Origin: Chloroflexota bacterium
Lineage (GTDB): Bacteria > Chloroflexota > Dehalococcoidia > Lucifugimonadales > UBA3495
DNA: 64,000 nucleotides
Direction of reading: 5' to 3'
NCBI GenBank assembly: GCA_028873965.1
Contig: JAPPMU010000024.1
Coordinates: forward strand, 16,503-80,502
In this document: one piece after another, positions 1 to 11,663 of the stretch
How the letters are laid out: each line of letters starts with the position of its first letter
Position numbering within the stretch: position 1 is the first letter of the stretch
The notes under the pieces: generated by a model
What the model saw: the letters and a program-made list of their open reading frames with translations, nothing else
Told to the model about the DNA's origin: nothing
The model's database searches: none
Position numbers and translations under genes: made by a program

Positions 1-60
1 GGCCAGGGCGATCCGGCGTTGTATAATTGGGTACGGACAGTCAATTTCAGGAGGTCTTAC

Positions 61-279
61 ATGAACCGCACTCAACGTGATCTGATACTGCTGGCTGCTG
101 GCATCGGCATCGGGGTTGGCCTCGGTATGCTGCTGGCGCCGCGCAGCGGCCGGGAAACCCGCCAGGCATTGACGCAGGGCGCCAACCAGGCCGTCGAACG
201 GGGCCGCGACTACTGGCAGCGCATCCGTAGCCGAATCGCCGCCGGCGACAGCGACGCGGAGCTCGACTCCGAGGATTAG
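61..279 (+). CDS. YtxH-like small membrane/stress protein
   Basis: ATG at 61 lies 6 nt after AGGAGG. N-terminal TM helix LILLAAGIGIGVGLGMLLAP is followed by SGRETRQ and a charged helical tail, the YtxH pattern. The track ORF starts at an upstream TTG (19). Confidence 0.6.
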   Translation: MNRTQRDLILLAAGIGIGVGLGMLLAPRSGRETRQALTQGANQAVERGRDYWQRIRSRIAAGDSDAELDSED

Positions 280-360
280 CCCGAGACGTTTCGCCGGGGC
301 GACGGTCTATCCGGCCGTCGTCCCGGCATTTTTACGCCGCTACGCGAAGGACAGCCGCTT

Positions 361-654
361 ATGTCGCCCGACGTCGTGTCGATTATCCGAGATATTGCAA
401 TCATCGTTATGGCGGTGATGGTGACCGTGGCGGCGCTGGCTCTTACCGTCGTGACGCTGAAGATCTATCCCAAAATCAAGCGGGCAGCAACCAATTTCGA
501 GGCGTCGTCTTGTCTTATGCTCGACGCCGCCGCACGTATCTCCAGCCTGGTGACTGCCGGCAGCGAGATCGGCGCGTTCGTCTGGGACCTGGTCACGCGG
601 ATCCGCGGTGGCCGTGACGAAAAGCCGGAAGACGAGAACAAACCAGCCAAGTGA
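361..654 (+). CDS. small membrane protein (DUF948-like, common neighbour of YtxH genes)
   Basis: 97 aa ORF with one N-terminal TM helix (IAIIVMAVMVTVAALALTVV) and a helical charged tail. It sits directly after the YtxH-like gene. Confidence 0.45.
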   Translation: MSPDVVSIIRDIAIIVMAVMVTVAALALTVVTLKIYPKIKRAATNFEASSCLMLDAAARISSLVTAGSEIGAFVWDLVTRIRGGRDEKPEDENKPAK

Positions 655-689
655 ACCGCTCACGCATACCTGATTTGCGGCTGGAGAAC

Positions 690-798
690 GTCAGAAGCAG
701 GATTTGCCGGATTTTAGGATTTGCTGGATTGGGCGCACTTTTCCAGGTGACGGTTCCAATCCTGATAATCCTCAAATCTTGAAAATCCTGCTTCTGAC
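690..798. repeat. MITE-like element, family 1 (TIR GTCAGAAGCAGGATT)
   Basis: GTCAGAAGCAGGATT at 690-704 and its reverse complement AATCCTGCTTCTGAC at 784-798. A second copy with the same termini and a similar interior lies at 55301-55411. Confidence 0.8.
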
Positions 799-831
799 AA
801 CTCCGCGACGCAAACTGGGTGCGTAAGAAGA

Positions 832-977
832 CAGGGCCTTTTCAAAGTCACTGCGGCAACCTTCGCGCCACCCAATCGTCATTCCTGCGAAAGCAGGAAT
901 CCAGGGTCCGCCGTCAATAGGGAGGTTCTGGGTTCCCGCTTTCGCGGGAACGACGGGTGGACTTTGAAAAGGCCCTG
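832..977. mobile_element. 146 bp MITE carrying two REP-type hairpins, with 18 bp perfect TIRs and a 9 bp target-site duplication
   Basis: CAGGGCCTTTTCAAAGTC at 832-849 is the exact reverse complement of 960-977. GTAAGAAGA flanks both ends (823-831 and 978-986). The interior holds hairpins GTCATTCCTGCGAAAGCAGGAAT (878-900) and GGTTCCCGCTTTCGCGGGAACGAC (931-954). Confidence 0.85.
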
Positions 978-1055
978 GTAAGAAGAATATTCGCCTTGTA
1001 CACGTTCCAATGCCTAAGTTATAATTCCGAGTTAGTTTCGTTATTGCGGTGTGTG

Positions 1056-2135
1056 ATGGCAGATATATTCGACAAGCTGCAGCCTATCGTGGATCGCTAC
1101 CGGTCCATTGAAGATGAAATGGCACGACCGGAAGTGGCTGCTGACTATGCCAGGTTGCGCGAGTTGAACCGCGAACGGTCCGGCCTTGAAGAGCTGGTGG
1201 GCATCGACAGCCAGCACCGCAAGCTGTTCGAAGAGCAGGCCGACCTGAAAGCGCTGGTCGGCGAGGGCGGTGATCCCGAGCTGGTGGAGATGGCCCAACT
1301 GGAGCTGGACGAGGTCGAACAGCGCATTTCCCAGTTGGCGCAGCGGTTGCGGATCGCCCTGCTGCCGAAGGACCCCAACGACGAGCGGGACGTCATCGTG
1401 GAGATCCATGCCGCCGCCGGGGGCGAGGAGGCATCGTTGTTCGCCGGCGACCTGTATCGCATGTACCAGCGCTTCTCCCAGGAGCAGGGCTGGACGGTGG
1501 ATATACTGGACTCCAACGCGTCGGATCTGGGCGGCTTCAGCCGCATCGCTTTTTCCGTCGATGGGGACAACGCCTTCAGCCGGCTCAAATTCGAAGCCGG
1601 CGTCCACCGGGTGCAGCGTGTCCCCGAAACCGAGACCCAGGGCCGCATCCATACCTCCACGGTCACGGTGGCGGTGCTGCCGCAGGCTGACGAGGTCGAG
1701 GTGGACATCAAGGAGGACGACCTGCGCATCGACATCTTCCACGCCGGCGGCCACGGCGGGCAGAATGTCAACAAAGTCGCCACGGCGGTCCGGATCGTCC
1801 ACGAACCCACCGGCGTGGTGGTGGTCTGCCAGGACGAACGGTCGCAGTACAAGAACAAGTCCAAGGCCATGACCATATTGCGCAGCCGGCTGTACGCGGC
1901 GGAACAGGAGCGGCACCAGGCTGCCATCTCCAACAGCCGCAAAGCGCAGATCGGCAGCGGCGACCGCTCCGAGAAAATCCGCACCTACAACTACCCCCAG
2001 GATCGGATCACGGACCACCGTATCGGGCTGTCGGTCCACGGCGTGCAGCGCCTGATGGACGGGGGTCTGGGCGACATCATCGACAAGCTCATTGCCGACG
2101 ACCAGGAGCGCGGTCTGGCCAGCGTGTCAGCCTGA
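1056..2135 (+). CDS. prfA: peptide chain release factor 1
   Basis: Full-length RF1-like sequence with the GGQ motif (HAGGHGGQNVNKV) and an RF1-type tripeptide context (RVPETETQGRIHTS). The in-frame ATG at 1056 (MADIFDKLQ) is the likely start. The track ORF is extended upstream into the MITE. Confidence 0.95.
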   Translation: MADIFDKLQPIVDRYRSIEDEMARPEVAADYARLRELNRERSGLEELVGIDSQHRKLFEEQADLKALVGEGGDPELVEMAQLELDEVEQRISQLAQRLRIALLPKDPNDERDVIVEIHAAAGGEEASLFAGDLYRMYQRFSQEQGWTVDILDSNASDLGGFSRIAFSVDGDNAFSRLKFEAGVHRVQRVPETETQGRIHTSTVTVAVLPQADEVEVDIKEDDLRIDIFHAGGHGGQNVNKVATAVRIVHEPTGVVVVCQDERSQYKNKSKAMTILRSRLYAAEQERHQAAISNSRKAQIGSGDRSEKIRTYNYPQDRITDHRIGLSVHGVQRLMDGGLGDIIDKLIADDQERGLASVSA

Positions 2136-2199
2136 TCCCAGTATTGACGACCTGCATGATCAGGGGCGGCCGCAGGGTCGCCCTTGCCGATTGAGCCAT

Positions 2200-3084
2200 A
2201 TGCCCAACCTTCGCACCGTCATCCAGGAAACCCACCGCACCCTGGAGTCCGCCGGCATTCCGGACGCCCGCCTGGAAGCCGAGGTGATGGTGATGGACGT
2301 GATGCGGATGCTACGACAGGCAATCTTCGCGGAGCAGGAGACCCAGGTCTCCTCCCAACAGGAGGAGCAGCTGGCGGCCATCGTGACGCGTCGGCTCACG
2401 CGGGAGCCGCTGGCCTACATCCTGAACTATCGCGAGTTCTACGGCGTCAACCTGCTGGTGAACCGGGACGTCCTGATCCCGCGTCCCGAGACCGAAACCA
2501 TGGTGGAGCACGCGCTGTTCATGGCGCTCATGGGCATGGAAAGCCGCGAACTCGTCATCGCCGACGTGGGCACCGGCACCGGCGCCATCGCCGTGAACCT
2601 GGCCATCCACCTGCCGGCGGCGCGCATCTACGCCAGCGACGCATTCGACGCTACCCTGGACGTTGCTGCGTACAACGTGCGTATGCACAACGTCGCCGAC
2701 CGCGTAACCCTGCTGAAGGGCGACCTGCTCGAACCGTTACCCGAACCCGTGGACGTCATCGTAGCGAACCTCCCCTACCTGCCCACGGATCGCATTCCCA
2801 CGCTGCAACCGGAAATCCAGTGGGAGCCGGTGGCCGCATTGGACGGCGGAGCCGACGGCCTGGACCACATCCGGCGCCTGCTGTCCCAGGCCGCGGCAAC
2901 CCACGGCGGCGAAGGCAGCCGGCTAAAGCCCCACGGCGTGATCCTGTTGGAGATGGACCCCGAGCAGATTCCCGAGGCTCGCTCCCTGGCGTCCGCGGCC
3001 TTTCCCGAGGCGGAAATCACCGTCGAGCCGGACCTGGCCGGTCTGGACCGGGTGCTTTCGGTCAGCCTGGCCGGCGATTACTGA
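2200..3084 (+). CDS. prmC: release-factor glutamine N5-methyltransferase (HemK/PrmC)
   Basis: Follows prfA. SAM motif DVGTGTGAIA and catalytic tetrapeptide context IVANLPYLP (NLPY in place of the usual NPPY). In-frame ATG at 2200. Confidence 0.85.
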   Translation: MPNLRTVIQETHRTLESAGIPDARLEAEVMVMDVMRMLRQAIFAEQETQVSSQQEEQLAAIVTRRLTREPLAYILNYREFYGVNLLVNRDVLIPRPETETMVEHALFMALMGMESRELVIADVGTGTGAIAVNLAIHLPAARIYASDAFDATLDVAAYNVRMHNVADRVTLLKGDLLEPLPEPVDVIVANLPYLPTDRIPTLQPEIQWEPVAALDGGADGLDHIRRLLSQAAATHGGEGSRLKPHGVILLEMDPEQIPEARSLASAAFPEAEITVEPDLAGLDRVLSVSLAGDY

Positions 3085-3152
3085 GGCGCGAGCGCGTGAT
3101 GTCTGCATTGTCCACCGGTTTGCAAACGTCCACGATCTATCGGTGAGCGCCG

Positions 3153-3899
3153 ATGCGTGCCCTGATCCTCTCGGACATACACTCCAACCTGCAGGCTTTT
3201 GACGCCGTCCTGGCGGATGCGGACGACGCCGGCGGATACGATATGGTTTGGTTTCTCGGTGATCTGGTGGGCTATGGCTCGGATCCGAGCGTGTGCATCG
3301 ATCGGCTGCGGAGGCTGCCCCACGTCGCGATCGCCGGGAATCACGACCACGCTGTGACCGGCAAGCTGAACCCGGACCTGTTCAACGGCGCGGCGCGGGC
3401 CGCCGCGTTATGGACGGCCCAGCAGCTATCCGACGACGAAATAGCCTACCTGGCCGCGCTGCCCGAGGTCCGGCAGACGGAGAAGTTCACCCACGTGCAC
3501 GGCAGTTTGCGAGATCCCGTTATGGAATATCTCATCAGCGAGCCGGCAGCCCTGGCGACCTTCGCCCTGATGGAGACGCCCTTCTGCCTGGTGGGACACT
3601 CCCACTATCCGTTGGTCTGGACTGAGGAGGACGGTCGGGCCGGCGTCGAACTGCTTGACCCGGCCACGCCGCTTTTGTTGGAATCCGGTCGCAGAATGAT
3701 CGTGAATCCCGGCAGCGTGGGCCAGCCGAGGGACGGCGACTGGCGCGCTTCCTACCTGCTCTATGAAAGCGAGGCGGGTGGCAAGGCCGGCATGCTGCAC
3801 CATCGTCGGGTAGAGTACGACCTGGCCGGAGCCCAGAACGGGATACTATCGGCAGGTCTCCCGGAGTCCCTGGCAATCCGCCTGGGCAACGGGCACTAG
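3153..3899 (+). CDS. metallophosphoesterase family protein (YfcE/MJ0936-like)
   Basis: Motifs LILSDIHSN, GDLVGYG and GNHD in the canonical order. Confidence 0.8.
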   Translation: MRALILSDIHSNLQAFDAVLADADDAGGYDMVWFLGDLVGYGSDPSVCIDRLRRLPHVAIAGNHDHAVTGKLNPDLFNGAARAAALWTAQQLSDDEIAYLAALPEVRQTEKFTHVHGSLRDPVMEYLISEPAALATFALMETPFCLVGHSHYPLVWTEEDGRAGVELLDPATPLLLESGRRMIVNPGSVGQPRDGDWRASYLLYESEAGGKAGMLHHRRVEYDLAGAQNGILSAGLPESLAIRLGNGH

Positions 3900-3936
3900 C
3901 AAACTTGACGGTATTCGGCCCTGACGATTAAACTTT

Positions 3937-5676
3937 TTGCGACATCCGCTCGCCCGAAGAGCAAGTCGAGGTAACATCATCGCTATTCAACAGGTCAATG
4001 GCAACGCCGCATTCAGTGAAGACGTAGCATTATTCATAGATTGGGAGAACTTCAAAATCAGCCTGGCGGTGCGGGGCCGGACCCCCAACGTGTCCGCGCT
4101 GAAGGAAGAGGTCTCCAACCACGGCCGCGTTGTCGTCGGCAAAGCCTATGCCGACTGGGTATCCCGCGCCCCCGAGTTGAAAGGGGCCAGCCAGTTTATA
4201 CATGACCCGCCGTCGCTGTACGCGGCCGGCATCGAGCCGGTGTACGTGCCCACCCGGTTGCCCCTGCGCGGATCCTACCAGTCGAATCGTACCGTCAGCG
4301 TCAAGAACAGCGTTGACGTGAAGATGACCGCCGACTGCATCGACACCGCACACAACTTCCCCAACATCAACACTTTCGTCCTCGTATCCGGGGACTCCGA
4401 TTTCATCCACGTCATCAACTCCCTGCGGGCGGTCGGAAAGCGCGTCCTGGTGGTTGGCGTCTCCTGGGCCACCTCCCGGCGAATGGCCGACCACGTGGAC
4501 GGCCTGATCTTCTACGACGCGGACGTGGATCCCATTGAACCCGAAGAACCCGCGCCTTCATTCCACCGCGGTCCTGCCCAGCGCGGCCGTCCGCAACAGC
4601 CTGCTGCCCTGGCCAATCCCGGCCGGCACCAACTGCCCGAGGTCATTCGCGCCATCGAGGACGTGATCCGAACCGAGCGCGCCGCCGGCCACACGCTTCT
4701 CCTCACGTCGCTCAAACAGCGGCTGGTGCGCCGCATCGCCGGTTTCGACGAGCGCAAGCTGGGCTTCTCGGGCTTCAAGAAGCTGATGTTGCGCGTGGCC
4801 GAAGAGGGCAACATCAAGATACGCAGCGTTGACCTGGTGGATTGGATCCTGATGGCTGACGAGCCCGACCCCGAACCGGTGGCCAGGGACGATGACGACG
4901 CCGAGCTGGAGACCGCAGACTCCTACGATGATGTGGACGACGCGGCCGAGGATGCCGATGACCGGGTCGCCGGAGTGGGCGACCGCTCGGACGAACTCGA
5001 GGACAGTGATGACGATGACGAGGTGGAGGATGACCGGTCGGGCGACCGGATGACCGCGGCGGCGCGGACCAATGAGCCGGACCGGGTCGCGCCAGCCCCC
5101 GCTGACCCTGACCAGGCAAAGATCGAGCGGTCTCTGGCCGAAGCCATCGCCGCCATGGAATTGCCCGAATCCGGCGACCCGGAGGGCGACGCAGCGCGTA
5201 TCGCCGACCTGGTGGCCATGAGTCACTTCCTCGAAAATCGGGACGGCGCCGACGCGGTGATGTTCCAGGCGCTATGCAACGAGATCAGCGAAAACCTCAC
5301 CGCCGGCATCGAAGCCGAGGATGCCACCATCCGTGAGCACTGGGGAGACTCGACCGACCTGGTGGCGCGCAACCTGATCACGCGCTACGTTCGGACCCTG
5401 ATGGCCGTCGGCCTGTTCCAGTACCGCAACATCAATTTCAGGGATCCGGAGACCAACCGGGCGCGGAGACGACGGGTCTTCGGCCTGAACCGCGAGCATC
5501 CTGTCGTGGGATTCGCGCTGGCCGCCCGGCTGGGCCTGCCCTACGAGCCCCCCGAAGACGACCACGCTCCTCCCACCAACGACGCCATCGCCGCGCCGCC
5601 GGTGGATCATCACGGCTCAGCCGAGGCAGATAGCGCCGAAACGGCCGAGGACGCGGAAGTAGTCGCCTTCAGCTGA
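3937..5676 (+). CDS. NYN (LabA-like) domain protein with OST-HTH/LOTUS-like region and an acidic low-complexity linker
   Basis: N-terminal VALFIDWENF ... VLVSGDSDFIHVINSLRAVGKRVLVVG is the NYN/PIN-like pattern. A LOTUS-like segment follows (LTSLKQRLVRRIAGFDERKLGFSGFKKLMLRV), then a D/E-rich stretch. The start is uncertain (TTG at 3937 in the track). Confidence 0.7.
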   Translation: MRHPLARRASRGNIIAIQQVNGNAAFSEDVALFIDWENFKISLAVRGRTPNVSALKEEVSNHGRVVVGKAYADWVSRAPELKGASQFIHDPPSLYAAGIEPVYVPTRLPLRGSYQSNRTVSVKNSVDVKMTADCIDTAHNFPNINTFVLVSGDSDFIHVINSLRAVGKRVLVVGVSWATSRRMADHVDGLIFYDADVDPIEPEEPAPSFHRGPAQRGRPQQPAALANPGRHQLPEVIRAIEDVIRTERAAGHTLLLTSLKQRLVRRIAGFDERKLGFSGFKKLMLRVAEEGNIKIRSVDLVDWILMADEPDPEPVARDDDDAELETADSYDDVDDAAEDADDRVAGVGDRSDELEDSDDDDEVEDDRSGDRMTAAARTNEPDRVAPAPADPDQAKIERSLAEAIAAMELPESGDPEGDAARIADLVAMSHFLENRDGADAVMFQALCNEISENLTAGIEAEDATIREHWGDSTDLVARNLITRYVRTLMAVGLFQYRNINFRDPETNRARRRRVFGLNREHPVVGFALAARLGLPYEPPEDDHAPPTNDAIAAPPVDHHGSAEADSAETAEDAEVVAFS

Positions 5677-5729
5677 AGGCTCTCACAAGCCGGCGCACGA
5701 GCGGGTCCCCCAGGCAGGGCGCGGCCCGC

Positions 5730-6227
5730 TTATGCTGTGGGGGCAACGTCCGGTGCGTTCCGCGCCCAACGGGCCAACGCCTTGCCGGATGCCGTAATTT
5801 CCGCAACCGAGGTGTAGTAGTAGTCCTGCCATCCGCGTTCGGGCAAGCCGGCGAACAGCATCAGGTTCAGAGGGTACTCCTCGCTGTCGGTGACCCGGCG
5901 GAAGTCGTCGCGGAACAGGAAAGTCGGCTTGCCCAGGGCGATGGCGATGCCAAGTTCGACCATCACCCCCTCATCGGGCGGCGTTCCGTTCACGACGGCG
6001 AAGATCGCGTCGGCGTCGCGCACGTCTTGGCAATCGGCCAGGGCGATCCGGTGAGCCCAGCCCGGTTGTGACAGGTCCACCTGGTTGTTGCGCTGGAACG
6101 GCTCCCACACCTCCAGGCCGAGGCTCTCCAGCGCGCCGATAAGTTCCGGGAGCAATCGCGTCTTCTGCTGCTCCGAGAACCCGTAAGGGTTGGCGAGGTA
6201 AACCGTTTTACGACCGGACGCGCTCAT
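5730..6227 (-). CDS. nucleoside 2-deoxyribosyltransferase-like protein
   Basis: VYLANPYGFS near the N-terminus and PDEGVMVELGIAIALGKP match the family pattern. Confidence 0.7.
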   Translation of the reverse strand: MSASGRKTVYLANPYGFSEQQKTRLLPELIGALESLGLEVWEPFQRNNQVDLSQPGWAHRIALADCQDVRDADAIFAVVNGTPPDEGVMVELGIAIALGKPTFLFRDDFRRVTDSEEYPLNLMLFAGLPERGWQDYYYTSVAEITASGKALARWARNAPDVAPTA

Positions 6228-6236
6228 GCTCTTTGG

Positions 6237-6659
6237 TCACGCTCGGGAAGATTCGCGCCAGAGCCGACAACCGGTGACACCCAGGGCGGTGGGAGCCATC
6301 GTGTCCACAATGATCCAAATGATGTCGTTGGTGACATCGCCTTCGCTGCCGTTGAGAAAGCGGAACCAGTTGTACAGGAAGACGAGCGACACGCCCAACG
6401 TGAGATAGAACGTGGCGTTGGCTTCCAGGTAGGCGCGGGTCACCGCCTGGTTACCATCGGGCACGCTGACGTGTACCTTGTGGTGAATGTTGAAGGCCAG
6501 GGCGGTGGCCAGGCCGATGAGCATCAGCACGTCAAGCACGTGCCACACGACCAGCGCGCTGACCACGTTACCCAGAAACGTGCTGACGATGAAAAACACC
6601 GCCACCGCCACCGCGGTGCCCAGCATATAGACGCAAACCAGTTTCTTCAGCGGGCTCAT
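6237..6659 (-). CDS. hypothetical integral membrane protein (4 TM)
   Basis: Hydrophobic helices throughout. The in-frame ATG at 6659 avoids overlap with the purL 3' end. The track start at 6722 overlaps purL. Confidence 0.5.
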   Translation of the reverse strand: MSPLKKLVCVYMLGTAVAVAVFFIVSTFLGNVVSALVVWHVLDVLMLIGLATALAFNIHHKVHVSVPDGNQAVTRAYLEANATFYLTLGVSLVFLYNWFRFLNGSEGDVTNDIIWIIVDTMAPTALGVTGCRLWRESSRA

Positions 6660-6688
6660 AACGCCTTCCGGGTTCTTCTTCAGCGCCG

Positions 6689-8932
<2,244 letters not shown>

Positions 8933-8938
8933 TGCGGA

Positions 8939-9215
8939 CTACCTTCCAAAAACATCGTCATGAGTGCCGGTACGCTCAAGGTAGATGGTATCGGCGTCTT
9001 CCGTCCACAACAAAATCCAGTCGCCGGGCGATATGGCACTCCCAATATCCGGCGAAATCGCCCATGAGCCGGTGCCGCCGGGCACGTTCGGGAAGCGGCA
9101 AATCGTTGATCAGCAAATTGACGATGTCCCAAACCAAGTTGACATTCAAGCCTCGGCGTCTGCACCTCCTGATGTCACGACGGAATGAGGCGCTGGTATC
9201 TTGCCTCTTAGGCAT
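8939..9215 (-). pseudogene. YafQ/RelE-family toxin gene interrupted by a 1 nt frameshift
   Basis: Frame A reads MPKRQDTSASFRRDIRRCRRRG...LPLPERARRHRLMGDFAGYWECHI. A frame shifted by one base then reads PGDWILLWTEDADTIYLERTGTHDDVFGR-stop (TAG at 8941-8939). Together these match E. coli YafQ (..GYRDAHVEPDWILIYK..ERTGTHAALFG). The junction is near 9026-9032 (CATATCG|CCCGGCGACTGG). Confidence 0.75.
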
Positions 9216-9537
9216 CCTCCTCGTCGTCCTCATCAATCACTTTGTCGAAGTACGCTATCATCTCATCCAGGCTGTCAAAACGCATACGCCCGGCGCGATC
9301 TGTCTCCTCAAAGGCCGCTATAGTTTCGGCATTGGGCGTCTTGCCCCAGCACATGCAGAAACTGACCCGCGGCACTTCCAGCCAGGCATCGCCTTTCTCC
9401 TGGTATCGGCCCAGTACATCCCGGTAAAACTCCTCAATGGCCTCGCCGGGGGTCAATCCCAGCTGGGCCAAAACCTTTTCCGCATCCCGCTTCAATTCCG
9501 GGGAAATTTGAACGTTCACGATCCCTGTTTCAGTCAT
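9208..9537 (-). CDS. RelB/DinJ-family antitoxin
   Basis: MTETGIVNVQISPELKRDAEKVLAQLGLTPGEAIEEF is the DinJ ribbon-helix-helix pattern, and the C-terminus has a PNAETIAAFEE segment. The stop overlaps the toxin ATG (ATGCCTAA). Confidence 0.75.
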   Translation of the reverse strand: MTETGIVNVQISPELKRDAEKVLAQLGLTPGEAIEEFYRDVLGRYQEKGDAWLEVPRVSFCMCWGKTPNAETIAAFEETDRAGRMRFDSLDEMIAYFDKVIDEDDEEDA

Positions 9538-9583
9538 AGCGCACCTCGACAGCGACATACTGCGCACCCGATTATACGTCAAG

Positions 9584-10501
9584 CTAACCAATGATCCCCC
9601 CAACCACCACCATACCCACGCCGCACACGGCCATCAGCGTGCCGACGACCAATCCCGTCGTGATCGTTTCCGCCTGCCTCAGGAACAGGCGAACCAATAC
9701 CATGGTCACCAGCGGGTTGCAGGATACTATGGGAGCGAGAACCAGGATGTTAGAGCCCTCCCGCGTAACGGCGAAGTAGAGCGACATTACTGCGCACGCC
9801 GCGGCTAATCCAGCCAGAAAGACCCATAGCGGCGCCCATCCCGTGGAACTTGCCTTCTGCGCCGCTTCACGGCCGAACACCGGCGACAGCAGCATCGTGG
9901 CGAAGAACATGCTGCCGGCCGCCATGATCAGCGGGGAACCGAACAACTCGCTCAGGACCCGCCCGCTGAGCGTCGATGCACCGTAGCATGCAGCGGCCAG
10001 CAGGGCCAACAGGTAACCCAGCACCGATTTCCAGTCGCGTCCCCAGCTTTGGCGCAGGAAGTTGCCGCTGGTCAGTCCCAATCCGATGACCACCACCACT
10101 GTGCCAATGCCCAGCAGCACGGTCAAATGCTCGTTGAAACCGGGGACGCCCATGCGGGTGAGGGTGATGGAGAACAGGGCGGAAAACAGCGCGGCGCTGC
10201 CCACGATGGGCGTGACCCGGGCCGCTCCGATCAGGCTGATTGCGATGTACTGCTGTGACCGCCCGCCCATGTAGCTGAGGATGCCGTTGCCCAGCAGCCA
10301 CACCATGGCGACGGCCGGCAGGGCGATCACAGCGTCGAACTCGAAGACCAGGGCCAGGGTGCCGGCCAGCAGGGTTGACGCTACCAGTGAGATCAGCGAC
10401 GACGGCATGGGGCGTATCGCCTGCATCCCGAGGCGCGCCAGCACCGCCGAACTGCCAAACCCCAGCACCGCGATGCACGCCAGACCGATGGAGAGCAGCA
10501 T
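9584..10501 (-). CDS. EamA/DMT-family transporter
   Basis: 305 aa with about 10 TM helices in two similar halves. Confidence 0.7.
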   Translation of the reverse strand: MLLSIGLACIAVLGFGSSAVLARLGMQAIRPMPSSLISLVASTLLAGTLALVFEFDAVIALPAVAMVWLLGNGILSYMGGRSQQYIAISLIGAARVTPIVGSAALFSALFSITLTRMGVPGFNEHLTVLLGIGTVVVVIGLGLTSGNFLRQSWGRDWKSVLGYLLALLAAACYGASTLSGRVLSELFGSPLIMAAGSMFFATMLLSPVFGREAAQKASSTGWAPLWVFLAGLAAACAVMSLYFAVTREGSNILVLAPIVSCNPLVTMVLVRLFLRQAETITTGLVVGTLMAVCGVGMVVVGGIIG

Positions 10502-10503
10502 TG

Positions 10504-11199
10504 CTAGTGGGCCGACACCGCGTCGATCATCGAGCCGAAAATCAGGTTGCCATCGTCAGAGCCCAGCAACACCTCGCAACTCCTTTCGGGGTGAGGCATC
10601 ATGCCCAGCACGTTACGGCCCTCGTTGATTATCCCCGCAATGTTGTCCACGGATCCGTTGGGGTTGGCGCCGGGCGTAACCGATCCATCGGGCTCGCAGT
10701 AGCGGAACAGGATCCTGCCCTGCTCTTCCATCTGCGCGATGGTGGACGCATCCGCGTAGTAGTTGCCCTCTCCGTGGGACACGGGTACCGCCAGCGGCTG
10801 TCCGACGGCGCACCGGCCCGTGAATGGCGTGTCCACCCTTTCCGTGCGCAGGTGCGTCCACTGGCAACGGTATTCCAGGTGTCCGTTGCGGCGCAGTGCA
10901 CCCGGCAGCAGGCCGGCTTCGCACAGGATTTGGAAGCCGTTGCAGATGCCGATGACCAATCCGCCTCCGGCGGCGAAGTCGCGCACCGCGCCCATCACCG
11001 GAGAGAAGCGGGCAATGGCTCCGGCGCGCAAGTAGTCGCCATAGGAGAACCCGCCGGGCACGATGATGGCGTCGTACCCGGCGACGCTGTCTTCCTTGTG
11101 CCAGATGTAGTCGGCTTCCTGCCCCAGCACCCCATTGACGGCGTGGTGGCAGTCGGTGTCGCTCCAGGTTCCCGGGAAGACCAGGATGCCGAAACGCAT
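10504..11199 (-). CDS. purQ: phosphoribosylformylglycinamidine synthase glutaminase subunit PurQ
   Basis: [11 protein letters not shown], catalytic GICNGFQIL, and HGEGNYY / MMPHPER at the C-terminus. Confidence 0.95.
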   Translation of the reverse strand: MRFGILVFPGTWSDTDCHHAVNGVLGQEADYIWHKEDSVAGYDAIIVPGGFSYGDYLRAGAIARFSPVMGAVRDFAAGGGLVIGICNGFQILCEAGLLPGALRRNGHLEYRCQWTHLRTERVDTPFTGRCAVGQPLAVPVSHGEGNYYADASTIAQMEEQGRILFRYCEPDGSVTPGANPNGSVDNIAGIINEGRNVLGMMPHPERSCEVLLGSDDGNLIFGSMIDAVSAH

Positions 11200-11207
11200 A
11201 CGTCGGG

Positions 11208-11663
11208 TCAGCCTGCCGATTCCAGGAGTCGGGATACGATGGCGTTGACCTGGCTGCCATCCGCTTTGCCGCGCACCTGCGGCATGATGCGGCCCATGAC
11301 CTTGCCGCGGTCGCCCGGGCCGGCGGCTCCGGCATCGGCGATGGCTTGTCGGGCAATGGCCTCGATTTCGCCCTCGCCCAGTTGCTCCGGCATGTATTCC
11401 AGGAGGATGGCCAGAGACGCCTCCTCCTTGGCAACGAGGTCGGCGCGGCCGCCCTGGCCGAACATCTCGATGCTCTCCCGGCGGTCCTTGACCTGCTTGG
11501 CTACAACGTCGGTGACGCCGCTCTCGTCCAGCTCTTTGAGATTGTTCTTCTCGGTCAACTGGATTTGGCTCTTGAGGAATCGCAGAGTCTCCAGGCGCTC
11601 GCGGTTTCGGGCGCGCATGGTGTTGCGGATGTCCTCTTCCAGTTGTTCTTTGATGGTAGCCAT
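11208..11663 (-). CDS. GatB/YqeY domain protein
   Basis: [35 protein letters not shown] is the YqeY pattern. 151 aa. Confidence 0.8.
   Translation of the reverse strand: MATIKEQLEEDIRNTMRARNRERLETLRFLKSQIQLTEKNNLKELDESGVTDVVAKQVKDRRESIEMFGQGGRADLVAKEEASLAILLEYMPEQLGEGEIEAIARQAIADAGAAGPGDRGKVMGRIMPQVRGKADGSQVNAIVSRLLESAG

Noticed and set aside
1041-2039. 332 aa and 279 aa minus-strand ORFs opposite prfA
   Set aside because: Arg/Ala/Gly/Pro-rich shadow ORFs opposite a well-supported gene. This is typical of high-GC DNA.
2200-3084. NLPY instead of NPPY in PrmC as a sign of altered function
   Set aside because: It is a single conservative deviation in an otherwise complete HemK-like protein next to prfA. 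That is insufficient to claim anything unusual.
11208-11663. Gene upstream of purQ as purS
   Set aside because: The product is 151 aa with the GatB/YqeY pattern, not the ~80 aa PurS. purS is therefore not in this window, and I do not infer its absence from the genome.
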